Of a stretch of DNA of 64,000 bases, positions 50,904-59,724 are shown in pieces. Numbering within the stretch: the first letter of the stretch is position 1; every line of letters starts with the position of its first letter. Under the pieces are notes generated by a model. That model saw only the letters and a list, made by a program, of their open reading frames with translations. It did not search any database and had not been told where the DNA came from. The stretch spans positions 3,840,001 through 3,904,000 of the forward strand of contig OY759746.1 in the NCBI GenBank assembly GCA_963662795.1, read 5' to 3'. This stretch comes from Spirochaetia bacterium (GTDB taxonomy: Bacteria > Spirochaetota > Spirochaetia > CADAEX01). Made by a program: the position numbers and the translations under genes.

Positions 50904-51037
50904 TCAGTATGTTCATGATAAACAGCATTTTTTTCACTCTTTTCTGGTTTTTACTGGAAAAGCATTTTATAATTATAGGAAGCATTATTGCGTTTAAATA
51001 CGGAATTGATAGAGATTTTAACTTAGGAGGTAGTTTA

Positions 51038-51520
51038 ATGCCTTTTTTTACTGGCAAAAGGATTCTGAGAGCAGCTTTAATTGCAGTTATCTTCTGCTGT
51101 GCTGTGTTCACGGTTTCCGCGGATTTTAATACGATACTTGATTCTATCCTTACAGAGGATAAGATATCCTTCGGCAGCGCGTCATATATTCTTCTGACAG
51201 GTTCAGGAGCACTGAGTGAAGACGCAACCATCGAAGAGGCGGCCGCTAAAATGGCTGAAATGATTCCGCAGGCAGACGCATCGGCGGATAAACCTGTAAC
51301 TATGGGTGAATTTTCCTATATGGCTATGAAAACATACGGGATAAGCGGAGGAATAATGTACCGCTTTTTTCCAGGCCCACGCTACGCAATCCGCGAACTG
51401 AGATACAAAAAAATAGTACAGGGAAACGCATACAGCGGTATGAACCTTTCATCTGAAAGGGCCTTGAGGATTATGGGCAGGGTACTTGACAGGGAGGAGT
51501 CGAAAAATGCGGAAAAATAG
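51038..51520 (+). CDS. Small secreted protein with SLH-like repeats (module gene A, copy 2)
   Basis: AGGAGG RBS; signal peptide; GGIMY...PGPRYA.RE..Y; DKPVTMGEF. Confidence 0.75.
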   Translation: MPFFTGKRILRAALIAVIFCCAVFTVSADFNTILDSILTEDKISFGSASYILLTGSGALSEDATIEEAAAKMAEMIPQADASADKPVTMGEFSYMAMKTYGISGGIMYRFFPGPRYAIRELRYKKIVQGNAYSGMNLSSERALRIMGRVLDREESKNAEK

Positions 51521-52805
51521 AATTATTTTTACAACAGTAATAGTGATGATGCTTCTCGCTCCGTCATGTATCTTTGCGATTAGTATGGAAGCAGGCGGCA
51601 CTTTTTATAACAGCACGGGTTTTGTCTCAGACGGTATTGAAGATACAGACCTTGAGCAGCTTAATACACTTACCTTGCGTTTTGATGCGTACACGGAATC
51701 GGAAACAGGGGCCAACGGCACATTCACAGCTCAGGGAAGGTATGAATATACTGATGAAAGATCATTCCTCCTTGACGCCGAAATATTACGTCTTAAAGGG
51801 GCATTCCCCGGCGCAATGGGAGAAACATCAATAATTGAGGCATCTGCCGGAAGATTTTTCTTCAGCGACCCGGCAGGGATGATACTCACCCATACCGCAG
51901 ACGGAGCTTCCTTTGAGCTGATGTATCCGAAGGTAAGGCTTATGGCAGCAGGAGGATATACCGGATTGATTATCAATCCTTCGAGCGATATAAGGATGAC
52001 CCGTATAGACTTAAGCGAAACAGATCTTGAAATGGAAGATAATTTTTACGGGCCGAAAAGAGCTTTCGGCCAGTTCGGCTTAACATTTCCTGAACTCTGG
52101 TGGCTCAACTCCCTATCTCTTTTTACCCTTGCACAGTTTGACCTGCGGGATGAGGATGAAGGAACTGTTATGAATACACAGTACCTTGGAGTACAGACTG
52201 AAAGAAGCTACGGCAGGAACCTTTATCAGGACCTTTTTTTAATCCTTCAGGCCGGACAGCTGAAAACACCTGACCTCGAAGACAGGGTCGGCTACGGACT
52301 GCTTTTAGGGCTCCGCCTCAGATACCTTAAAGAGAATTTTTTCGGTTCAAGGTTTGAATTCAGGGCCCTTGGTGCCCCTCCCGATATTTCTACAGACGAT
52401 CTTTCAGACAAGATTCCATTCGGAGTTCTCGGATTTGTCCCCATGAATCAGCCTGATCTCGGGGAAGCGGTTTCACCGTCACTTTCAGGTCTCGGGCTTT
52501 TTGACCTCAATTATTCCTTCAGGCCGTTTTACAACAGCAAATCAGAAACTGCGGCAGGAATTCAGCCTGGTTTAGGGGCAAAAGGATATTTTAGGACATA
52601 CTCGGTTAAAGTTGACTGGATAGACACAGATCCTGATTCAGACTCTCTTTATCTCGGCACTGAAATTAATGCCTCGCTGGTCTGGAGAATTTTTTCCGAT
52701 CTCGGAATTGACATAAATGGCGCTTATTTTATTCCTTCAAGCACAATCTCTGAAGACATGGATACAATATGGGCGCTCAATTTTAATTTATCTGTAAGTT
52801 TTTAG
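51507..52805 (+). CDS. Outer-membrane beta-barrel protein (module gene B, copy 2)
   Basis: Signal peptide; AGRFF, H..DGA, GYTGL...P and YLGTE shared with copy 1; C-terminal FNLSVSF. Confidence 0.8.
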   Translation: MRKNRIIFTTVIVMMLLAPSCIFAISMEAGGTFYNSTGFVSDGIEDTDLEQLNTLTLRFDAYTESETGANGTFTAQGRYEYTDERSFLLDAEILRLKGAFPGAMGETSIIEASAGRFFFSDPAGMILTHTADGASFELMYPKVRLMAAGGYTGLIINPSSDIRMTRIDLSETDLEMEDNFYGPKRAFGQFGLTFPELWWLNSLSLFTLAQFDLRDEDEGTVMNTQYLGVQTERSYGRNLYQDLFLILQAGQLKTPDLEDRVGYGLLLGLRLRYLKENFFGSRFEFRALGAPPDISTDDLSDKIPFGVLGFVPMNQPDLGEAVSPSLSGLGLFDLNYSFRPFYNSKSETAAGIQPGLGAKGYFRTYSVKVDWIDTDPDSDSLYLGTEINASLVWRIFSDLGIDINGAYFIPSSTISEDMDTIWALNFNLSVSF

Positions 52806-52822
52806 TTTAGGAGGTATCAGGT

Positions 52823-53524
52823 ATGATACGTAAAATGTTTATTTTTTATTTGTTATTGTTGATAGTATCTGCTTCTGCGCTCTACGGGGCAGCACAAAAC
52901 GCAGTTGTTGTTTCAGCTTCAGGAAAGGTCGAGTACAAGGCGGAAGGGGCCGCATGGACCGCTGTAAAAGAGGGAACAGAGATTCCGCCCGGCTCAACAA
53001 TTTCTACCGGTTTTAATTCAAAAGCAGTTATTGAGATGGGCTCATCCACCCTTGAAGTTAAGCCCCTTACAAGGATGAGGCTTGATAAACTTGCGGAACA
53101 GGACGGAGTTATATCTACAGACCTCTTCCTCAGAGTCGGCAGGGTAAAAGCGGAAGTAAAGGCAGTTGAAGGGCTGCAGCACAGTTTTACCTTAAAAAGC
53201 CCGGTTACCACTGCGTCCGTTAGGGGAACAGGATTTGATTTTGACGGCGTAAACCTAAAGGTAAGAAACGGCGTTGTAAAAATGAGCAACAGGTTCAGGC
53301 ATTCAGCATCGTATAAAGCCGGTGAATCCGGCTCTTCCACCGGTATAACTCCTCCGAAGGGAGGCTCTGAAGGACGGGAAAGTGATATAGTTGTGAGCGC
53401 AGACACATCCGATGTTTTAGGCGGAGGAGAAGATACCGATCCCACAACGTCAGGGGGCGGAAGCTCTTCCGGTGTCCAGTACGGCAGCATTGGCGTCAAC
53501 TGGACCGTCTACATTGTTGAATAA
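52823..53524 (+). CDS. Secreted FecR-domain protein (module gene C, copy 3)
   Basis: AGGAGG RBS; ISTGFNS, KPLTR, SPVTTASVRGT; Gly/Ser/Asp linker and a terminal beta-strand. Confidence 0.88.
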   Translation: MIRKMFIFYLLLLIVSASALYGAAQNAVVVSASGKVEYKAEGAAWTAVKEGTEIPPGSTISTGFNSKAVIEMGSSTLEVKPLTRMRLDKLAEQDGVISTDLFLRVGRVKAEVKAVEGLQHSFTLKSPVTTASVRGTGFDFDGVNLKVRNGVVKMSNRFRHSASYKAGESGSSTGITPPKGGSEGRESDIVVSADTSDVLGGGEDTDPTTSGGGSSSGVQYGSIGVNWTVYIVE

Positions 53525-53541
53525 TAGGCAGGGAGGTTTAT

Positions 53542-54255
53542 ATGTTTAATAAAAATTTTATTTTAAAAACAGTTTTGCTGTTTTTTGTCATACTGGCATT
53601 CGGCGGGTGCTATCAGATGATTGAATCATCTGAAGGAGACCTTGTTCTTAATGCTTCAATTCCAGCCCGCGCAGCAGAAAACCTGTCGGGAGATATATGG
53701 GTCGTAGGTATTGTCCTTGATGCCGCGTTTGAAGAACAGCTTAAAGAAATCAACAGGATAGGCGATATCCAGGATGCAGATGACGGAATTGAGGATTATC
53801 TTGATGACGATCTGGATGATCTGTGGCAGGATGCAATTCAGAAAGGGGCTGTCCGCTTTGACGGAGGACGTTTTTATTTCCAGTTCAAAATGACTATACC
53901 CGATTCTGATACAGGGAATTTTACAATTTCAGGAATCCCTGCAAATAAAAAATATTTTCTCTATGTAGCAGTCTTTGATAATGAAGTTACATCTCTTGAT
54001 GAGTTTGATGAAGACCCTGGTCTTGTTATGGATATAAGGTATTATGACCCTGCTGATATTGCTGATCCCTTTAACAGAATACCTGACAGTACTCCTGCCG
54101 GATGGTATTGTTTCAAGGATTGGGATTTTGAATATAACAACGGAAATCCTCGGCTTGGTACCGACACTGAAATCTGGACAACTGCATCAGAGCAGCCGTT
54201 TACCGTGGAAGCAGGTAAAGCTACATCGGTCGATATACTTCTTGTAGATTTTTAG
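53542..54255 (+). CDS. Variable lipoprotein (module gene D, copy 3)
   Basis: GGGAGG RBS; GGC|Y lipobox; very acidic; ends PFTVEAGKATSVDILLVDF. Confidence 0.8.
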   Translation: MFNKNFILKTVLLFFVILAFGGCYQMIESSEGDLVLNASIPARAAENLSGDIWVVGIVLDAAFEEQLKEINRIGDIQDADDGIEDYLDDDLDDLWQDAIQKGAVRFDGGRFYFQFKMTIPDSDTGNFTISGIPANKKYFLYVAVFDNEVTSLDEFDEDPGLVMDIRYYDPADIADPFNRIPDSTPAGWYCFKDWDFEYNNGNPRLGTDTEIWTTASEQPFTVEAGKATSVDILLVDF

Positions 54256-54276
54256 CTTGTTTTTTAATTCAATCAG

Positions 54277-54303
54277 AGCGGGGCTTTGTCCCCGCTTTTT
54301 TTT
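54277..54303 (+). terminator. Rho-independent terminator
   Basis: AGCGGGG-ctttgt-CCCCGCT followed by a T-run. Confidence 0.85.
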
Positions 54304-54327
54304 CATTTCCTGATGTCTGTGCAGCTG

Positions 54328-54759
54328 TCATTCGGGAATTATCAGTTCCCTCTTCCCTCCCCTCCTCCGTACCCAGTTGATAGCATCAGCTATCTTTTTC
54401 TTCCGGATTATTCTTTTCTGCAAATTCCATTTGCCGGGAAAATCTATAAGGATAAGAGAAAGAAAGATTGTCAGCAATCCCTGACCAGGGATGAATAGAA
54501 GCGCTATACCGATAAAAAAAAGGACCAGCCCGGTGAGGTTTTTTATTGCAAGCAAAATATAAAATGCCAGGGGGGCAGATGCCGGCCTTGTAAAGGATTC
54601 TCTCCTTTTTTCTTTAAGAAAATAATCTTCAGGAAGCAGATTAATCAAAAAAGGAACAGCAAGCGCTGTCCCGATAAATGCTGCCGCGGAAACAACTCCA
54701 GCGGCAAGCAGCAGTATTTCATTAGACTCAATCCAGTTTATTAACTGATCAAGGTTCAT
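54328..54759 (-). CDS. PGPGW-family putative membrane protein
   Basis: LPEDYF, KN..G, IPGQGLLT, DFPGK. Confidence 0.75.
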   Translation of the reverse strand: MNLDQLINWIESNEILLLAAGVVSAAAFIGTALAVPFLINLLPEDYFLKEKRRESFTRPASAPLAFYILLAIKNLTGLVLFFIGIALLFIPGQGLLTIFLSLILIDFPGKWNLQKRIIRKKKIADAINWVRRRGGKRELIIPE

Positions 54760-54777
54760 ATCTTTATATCAAGGGGT

Positions 54778-55833
54778 TTAAGCCCGCTCTCTTTTTTTTC
54801 TGGCTTCTTCAGCTTTTCTGCTGATTTTATTCCATACGCCTGAAAGCCCCATTGCCTTTTTCATCTCTTTCAATGTAAAGGCTGCTTCCTGCCTCATTTT
54901 CATGGTGCCTTCAAAAAGTATTTCCTCAACAAGGCCTTTCTGTCCTTCATACTGCGATCTTCTCTCCCTGATAGGTCCAAGAAAGTTATTTATTGCAACA
55001 GAAAGCTTCTGTTTTACCTCTACATCGCCTACCTTGCCTTTTTTATATCTTTCTTTCAGATCATCAACTTCCGCTGTATCAGAATTAAAAATATCGTGGT
55101 AGATAAAAACAGGGTTGCCTTTGACCTTCCCCGGGATATCCGCCCGTATTCTGGCAGGGTCTGTATACATTCCCGCAACTTTTTTCTCAACCTCTTTGGC
55201 GCTGTCTGAAAGCATTATAGAGTTGTTCAGGGATTTGGACATTTTCGCGTTTCCGTCAGTCCCCACAAGGGTTGGAACATCGCCGATCATTGCATCAGGA
55301 ACAGGGAAAACTTCTCCGTAGAGGGTATTGAATCTTCTCGCAATCTCCCGGGTAAGCTCCACATGGGACTCGTTATCCTTTCCAACAGGCACAAGATGGG
55401 CCCTTGGCATAAGAATATCTGCTGCCTGAAGCACCGGATAACCCAGAAGTCCAAACGGGATTTCAGTGAGGTTTGCCGACTTTGCCATATCCTTGATGCT
55501 GGGCACCCTCTGAAGGCGTGGAACAGTAACCAGGTTTTCGAAAATTAGGTTCATTTCACACACTTCATGAACAGCAGATTGAAGGTAAATAACGCTTTTT
55601 GCAGGATCTATCCCGCAGGCAAGGTAGTCAAGGACAAGCTCGTGCGCGTTCTGGCCTATGGCTTCAATAGCTTCCCGTGAAGGCTTTGTTGTAAGCATGT
55701 GGAGATCAGCAATAATGAAAAAACACTCATATTTATCCTGAAGAGCCACCCTGTTTTTTAATGAACCGACATAATGTCCAAGATGCAATTTACCTGTCGG
55801 CCTGTCGCCGGTTAAAATTCTTTTTTTGCTCAT
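54778..55833 (-). CDS. trpS: Tryptophan--tRNA ligase
   Basis: TGDRPTGKLHLGH (HIGH), YPVLQAADIL, KMSKS. Confidence 0.96.
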   Translation of the reverse strand: MSKKRILTGDRPTGKLHLGHYVGSLKNRVALQDKYECFFIIADLHMLTTKPSREAIEAIGQNAHELVLDYLACGIDPAKSVIYLQSAVHEVCEMNLIFENLVTVPRLQRVPSIKDMAKSANLTEIPFGLLGYPVLQAADILMPRAHLVPVGKDNESHVELTREIARRFNTLYGEVFPVPDAMIGDVPTLVGTDGNAKMSKSLNNSIMLSDSAKEVEKKVAGMYTDPARIRADIPGKVKGNPVFIYHDIFNSDTAEVDDLKERYKKGKVGDVEVKQKLSVAINNFLGPIRERRSQYEGQKGLVEEILFEGTMKMRQEAAFTLKEMKKAMGLSGVWNKISRKAEEARKKRERA

Positions 55834-55851
55834 TTATTTTCCTTAAAATTA

Positions 55852-56943
55852 TTATTTTTTCGTTTTTCTGCGTTTAGGTCCCGGTTTAGGCTTTTTCCGC
55901 AGACTGCCGGTTCCCATCATTACTGCAACCGGCCTTAAAAACGATATATTCTGACATACAATTTTTATTGTTACTGTAATGGGGACAGAAAGAAGAGCTC
56001 CAACTGCCCCCCAGAGCCAGCCCCAGAAGACAAGTGAAAACAGTATTATTACCGGACTCAGGTTAAGCTTGTTCCCCTGCATTTCAGGTTCAACAATATT
56101 GCCGAGTACCATCTGAATTGAAGTCATAGTAAGTGCTACAAGGACAACCATGCCCACAGAAGGATAAAACTGGACGACGGATTGTATTGAGATAAAGAAA
56201 ACTACAAGTATCGAACCGATATTCGGGATAAAGTTCAGAAAAAAAGCAAGTACCCCCCAGACAAGCGGGAAATCAAGGCCGATTATAAGTAACACCATCC
56301 AGACAAGAAAACCGGTAATTGTGCTTATAAGCAGTTTTATTGAAAGATATTTCCCGACTTCCCTTGTTATATGCCCGATTACTATAAAGAACTTTTTACT
56401 TGTTCTTACAGGAAAGGCTTTTTTAAGCTTGATCCTGAAAAGGGGAAATTCAAGGAAAAGGAAAATAAGGAAAATAAAGACCATCAATATATATCCGACA
56501 AGTTTGGTCAGCGAGTTGGAAAGGGACAAAAGATATCCACGGGAAACCTTGGCCCAGTTATAGTCAAGAAGAAAATCTGAGGTTGACACATTGAATCGGG
56601 TCATAAGCTGGTAGGAAAAATCCTTGTAAATATCCTTGAACTGCTCAAGATACCATGGATACTGATCACTGAAAGCATTTATGCTGCTGTAGAGAATCAT
56701 TACTATCAGATAGCAGAATCCGAAAAGAATGATAATGACAAAAGAAATGGCGATAATTCGTGGCATTTTTATGCTTTGCAGCGCAATAATGAGCGGATAA
56801 AGCATAAATGAAAAAAGAATGGCAATTACCATGGGAATAAAGACTGATTTCGCGACACTCAGCACAAAACCAAGAGCTATGAGTACTATTATACCTAAAA
56901 AAGCTGTCGCCAGTTTGTTTTTGAGCATGCCGAATAATATCAT
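55852..56943 (-). CDS. AI-2E family transporter
   Basis: LNFIPNIG, GNIVEP...G..LNLSP, FWGWLWG..GALLSVP. Confidence 0.92.
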   Translation of the reverse strand: MILFGMLKNKLATAFLGIIVLIALGFVLSVAKSVFIPMVIAILFSFMLYPLIIALQSIKMPRIIAISFVIIILFGFCYLIVMILYSSINAFSDQYPWYLEQFKDIYKDFSYQLMTRFNVSTSDFLLDYNWAKVSRGYLLSLSNSLTKLVGYILMVFIFLIFLFLEFPLFRIKLKKAFPVRTSKKFFIVIGHITREVGKYLSIKLLISTITGFLVWMVLLIIGLDFPLVWGVLAFFLNFIPNIGSILVVFFISIQSVVQFYPSVGMVVLVALTMTSIQMVLGNIVEPEMQGNKLNLSPVIILFSLVFWGWLWGAVGALLSVPITVTIKIVCQNISFLRPVAVMMGTGSLRKKPKPGPKRRKTKK

Positions 56944-57036
56944 AATTGGAATATTTGATTAATAGTGTTAATATCTTTTTTACATTTTTGTATGATTATA
57001 GTAGATTATAGTTGGTTACGATTAACGGAGGATTTT

Positions 57037-57555
57037 ATGATTTACAAATACGGGGAAATTACACCTGATACAGATAAGGCGGCTTTTATTGCTGAAAGCG
57101 CTGATATTATCGGTGATGTGACACTTGGAGAAGATTCCAATATATGGTTTAACACTACACTGAGGGGAGATATTGCCCCTATAAAAGTAGGGAAAGGATC
57201 AAACATACAGGACGGGGCAATACTGCATGTAAACCACAATATGCCCTGCGTTGTAGGGGATAATGTAACGGTCGGTCACGGGGCAATTATACACGCCGCA
57301 ACAGTCAAAGACGGCTGTCTGATCGGAATGGGGGCCATTCTGCTTAACGAATGTGAAATAGGCGAAGACAGTGTTGTTGGTGCAGGCTCTCTTGTTACAG
57401 AGAGAAAGAAGTTCCCGCCCCGTTCCCTTATAATCGGGTCGCCTGCAAGAAAAGTTAAAGACATCAGCGATGATGACATTAAAAATATCAGGGCCAATGC
57501 ATCTGAATATATTGCCCTTGGCAAAAAGACAGCAGAGAGCAATAAAAAAATGTAA
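57037..57555 (+). CDS. Gamma carbonic anhydrase family (YrdA-like hexapeptide) protein
   Basis: GGAGG RBS; IIGDV, LRGD, NIQD...LH, VGH...H, IGMGA. Confidence 0.92.
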   Translation: MIYKYGEITPDTDKAAFIAESADIIGDVTLGEDSNIWFNTTLRGDIAPIKVGKGSNIQDGAILHVNHNMPCVVGDNVTVGHGAIIHAATVKDGCLIGMGAILLNECEIGEDSVVGAGSLVTERKKFPPRSLIIGSPARKVKDISDDDIKNIRANASEYIALGKKTAESNKKM

Positions 57556-57561
57556 TTATTA

Positions 57562-58824
57562 TCAGGATGTTGTACCCCAGATAGCGGCCATTATGTTCTT
57601 AAGCCTGGTTCTGGCAACAGCGAATGAATAATATTTAAGGCCCAGAAGATAGTTTTTCTCAACCATGCGTGTTCTTGCTTCTGTGCTGTCGATTATCCTG
57701 TCTACGGCACTAACAGTTTCATCTGAAACATAATCATCCATCTCTATGGCACGGAAACCCTTGGGTCTTATATCGTGATAATAGATTGAATAGTTATTGA
57801 CGAAAACAGGCTTTTTGTAATAAATAGCTTCGAGAAAAGCATTTCCGAAACCTTCAAATACAGAAGGATAGGTTACGATATCGCAGGAATTATAGACATC
57901 CCCAAGTGTATAAACCTTCCGGCCGTTCTCCCTGGTATAGCGTTTTTTATCCGTAATCAAATCGTCAGCAAAAACAGCTTTTATACCCATCAGGTTTATG
58001 TAATCCTTGACCCTGTTCTGGTATTCATAGCCTTCATCGCCTGAAGCATGTGAAATAACCAGCGCTGCCTTTCTTTTCATTCTTGCTACAAGCTCAATTG
58101 CATGTTCGATACCCTTCCTCTGCACAACCCTTGTCGGCTGAAGGAACAGCAGCTCATCTTCATCTATCCCGAAATCTTTTTTGAGATCATCTATGTAGCC
58201 ATCCCTTGGAGACGGCGGAGTTGAAAAATCCATAACATTGGGAATGAGTACTCCGGCAATTCCGGTTCTGAGTCCAAGCTGGTTCTGTCCTGATGAGTTA
58301 ATGACCACATGATACATTGAAGGAAGGTGCGGCGGACAGCTGGAGTTAAGATAATCCCAGATACAGTTTCGCAGGAAACGTTTCCTTTCCCAGAAAAAAT
58401 CATGGTGGTGCGCAATTACCGGTATTCCGGTTTCCGCTATGAAATCAGTTACAGCCAGGGAAAGCGGTATATTGAGCGGAATTGTTATAATATTTTCAGG
58501 AACTATAATATCAATATCATATTTATTTACAAATTCATAAATCTTGTCTTTAATCAGTTTTCTGTATTCATGTATTTTTTCTGTTGTCTCTTTTGTTCTG
58601 ATACTGTGATCGAAAATTTTATTGTTCAGTTTACGTATATCCGGATGTTTGAAATGAATAAGATCATAGAACATCGATTTTTCCGGCGGTGTTTCAATTT
58701 CTCCAGCCAGATAATAACATTCATATCCTTCATTCTCAAGAATATTTACCCATTTTTCAGTCTCAAGCGATACACCGTCAGTCCCTGCAAAGCGGAAAGA
58801 AATAAAGCCAACTTTTTTATTCAT
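57562..58824 (-). CDS. GT4 glycosyltransferase (mannosylglucosylglycerate synthase-like)
   Basis: AGTDGVSLE, HHHDFFWER, QPTRVVQRKGIEHA, YPSVFEGFGNAFLEA. Confidence 0.8.
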   Translation of the reverse strand: MNKKVGFISFRFAGTDGVSLETEKWVNILENEGYECYYLAGEIETPPEKSMFYDLIHFKHPDIRKLNNKIFDHSIRTKETTEKIHEYRKLIKDKIYEFVNKYDIDIIVPENIITIPLNIPLSLAVTDFIAETGIPVIAHHHDFFWERKRFLRNCIWDYLNSSCPPHLPSMYHVVINSSGQNQLGLRTGIAGVLIPNVMDFSTPPSPRDGYIDDLKKDFGIDEDELLFLQPTRVVQRKGIEHAIELVARMKRKAALVISHASGDEGYEYQNRVKDYINLMGIKAVFADDLITDKKRYTRENGRKVYTLGDVYNSCDIVTYPSVFEGFGNAFLEAIYYKKPVFVNNYSIYYHDIRPKGFRAIEMDDYVSDETVSAVDRIIDSTEARTRMVEKNYLLGLKYYSFAVARTRLKNIMAAIWGTTS

Positions 58825-58936
58825 AGATCAACTCCAAAATACTGTAATAATCTAAGCTTAAAATTATTTTATGCATTTCGCAATGTTTTTTTAATTTAAT
58901 TCAGAATCATTTATATCATTTTGAAGTTTAATGGGG

Positions 58937-58977
58937 AAAAATAAAAGGGGCTGTCCGCCTCGCGGGACAGCCCTTCT
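58937..58977 (-). terminator. Rho-independent terminator of the Hsp20 gene
   Basis: Minus strand GGGCTGTCC...GGACAGCCC followed by CTTTTATTTTT. Confidence 0.8.
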
Positions 58978-59003
58978 GCTCAGTCAGTTTTTAAAACTGG
59001 TTT

Positions 59004-59429
59004 TTATTTCTTAATTTCAATTCTTTTTGGCAGTTCTTTTTCTTTTTTGCTTACTTCGAGTGAAAGAACCCCGTTTTCAAATTTAGCAGATATTTTTTCT
59101 CCATCTGCATTTTCCGGAAGAATAAAAGATCTGTAATACTTTTCAAGTCTTTCTGATATAATATTCCTGCTGCCCTCATTCTTTTCCTCTCTGGCTGCTT
59201 TTTCGGCTTTTATTGTCAGAACATCCTTTTCAAGCCTTACATCTATTTCATCTTCACTGAAACCGGGAAGTTCAATTGCAAAATCAAAAGATCCTTCTTT
59301 CTCTACAATATCTGTAAGTGGTTTTTTGAACTCATCATTAAGATTAAAGTCAAAAAAATCATCAAACAGATTGCCCCATACCGGCCTCAACCCTGACCTC
59401 AAAGGTCTGTAAGTAACTATGCTGTTCAT
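59004..59429 (-). CDS. Hsp20/alpha-crystallin small heat-shock protein
   Basis: ELPGF..DEIDV, RSFILPE, AKFENGVL; AGGAGG RBS. Confidence 0.95.
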   Translation of the reverse strand: MNSIVTYRPLRSGLRPVWGNLFDDFFDFNLNDEFKKPLTDIVEKEGSFDFAIELPGFSEDEIDVRLEKDVLTIKAEKAAREEKNEGSRNIISERLEKYYRSFILPENADGEKISAKFENGVLSLEVSKKEKELPKRIEIKK

Positions 59430-59475
59430 ATATTTCCTCCTAAAAATTATTTATTTAATATTTCATTTATTATAT

Positions 59476-59491
59476 TGCAAATACTGTGCCA
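59476..59491 (-). promoter_or_regulatory. Sigma54 (-24/-12) promoter for Hsp20
   Basis: Minus strand TGGCAC-AGTAT-TTGCA, an exact match to the TGGCAC-N5-TTGCW consensus, 47 nt upstream of the start. Confidence 0.85.
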
Positions 59492-59588
59492 ACCTTTTAT
59501 AATTATTGATAATTACTTATAATACAAAGATTTATAAATATTTTCCCCGCAATGGCCTCTATAATTAAAATGTGTAATCACTACTTGC

Positions 59589-59645
59589 TGTGTCATTATT
59601 TCTCATGGGTCAAATAGTCTCTATTATATGTGTCACATTGTCACA
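59589..59645. promoter_or_regulatory. Three putative enhancer-binding-protein sites (TGnGTCA-N3-nnTCnCW)
   Basis: TGTGTCATTATTTCTCA, TGGGTCAAATAGTCTCT and TGTGTCACATTGTCACA, about 100-155 bp upstream of the sigma54 promoter. Confidence 0.55.
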
Positions 59646-59724
59646 CTTATCGCAAAATAATTATACTTTGACCTGCCTTGAATCAATACGGGATATAATG
59701 TTTAATAGTCTGGAATTAAAATAA

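Noticed and set aside
36165-57036. Upstream-extended starts in the ORF track (36165, 36638, 50909, 51486, 56965; also 36107, 19222, 15863)
   Set aside because: Downstream starts have clear SD sequences, promoter spacing, or signal peptides at the proper N-terminus.
59629-59645. Possible CRP site (attractive given the cyclases)
   Set aside because: Half-site spacing is 7 rather than 6 and the first half is TGTGT; it fits better as one of three sigma54 activator-like repeats.
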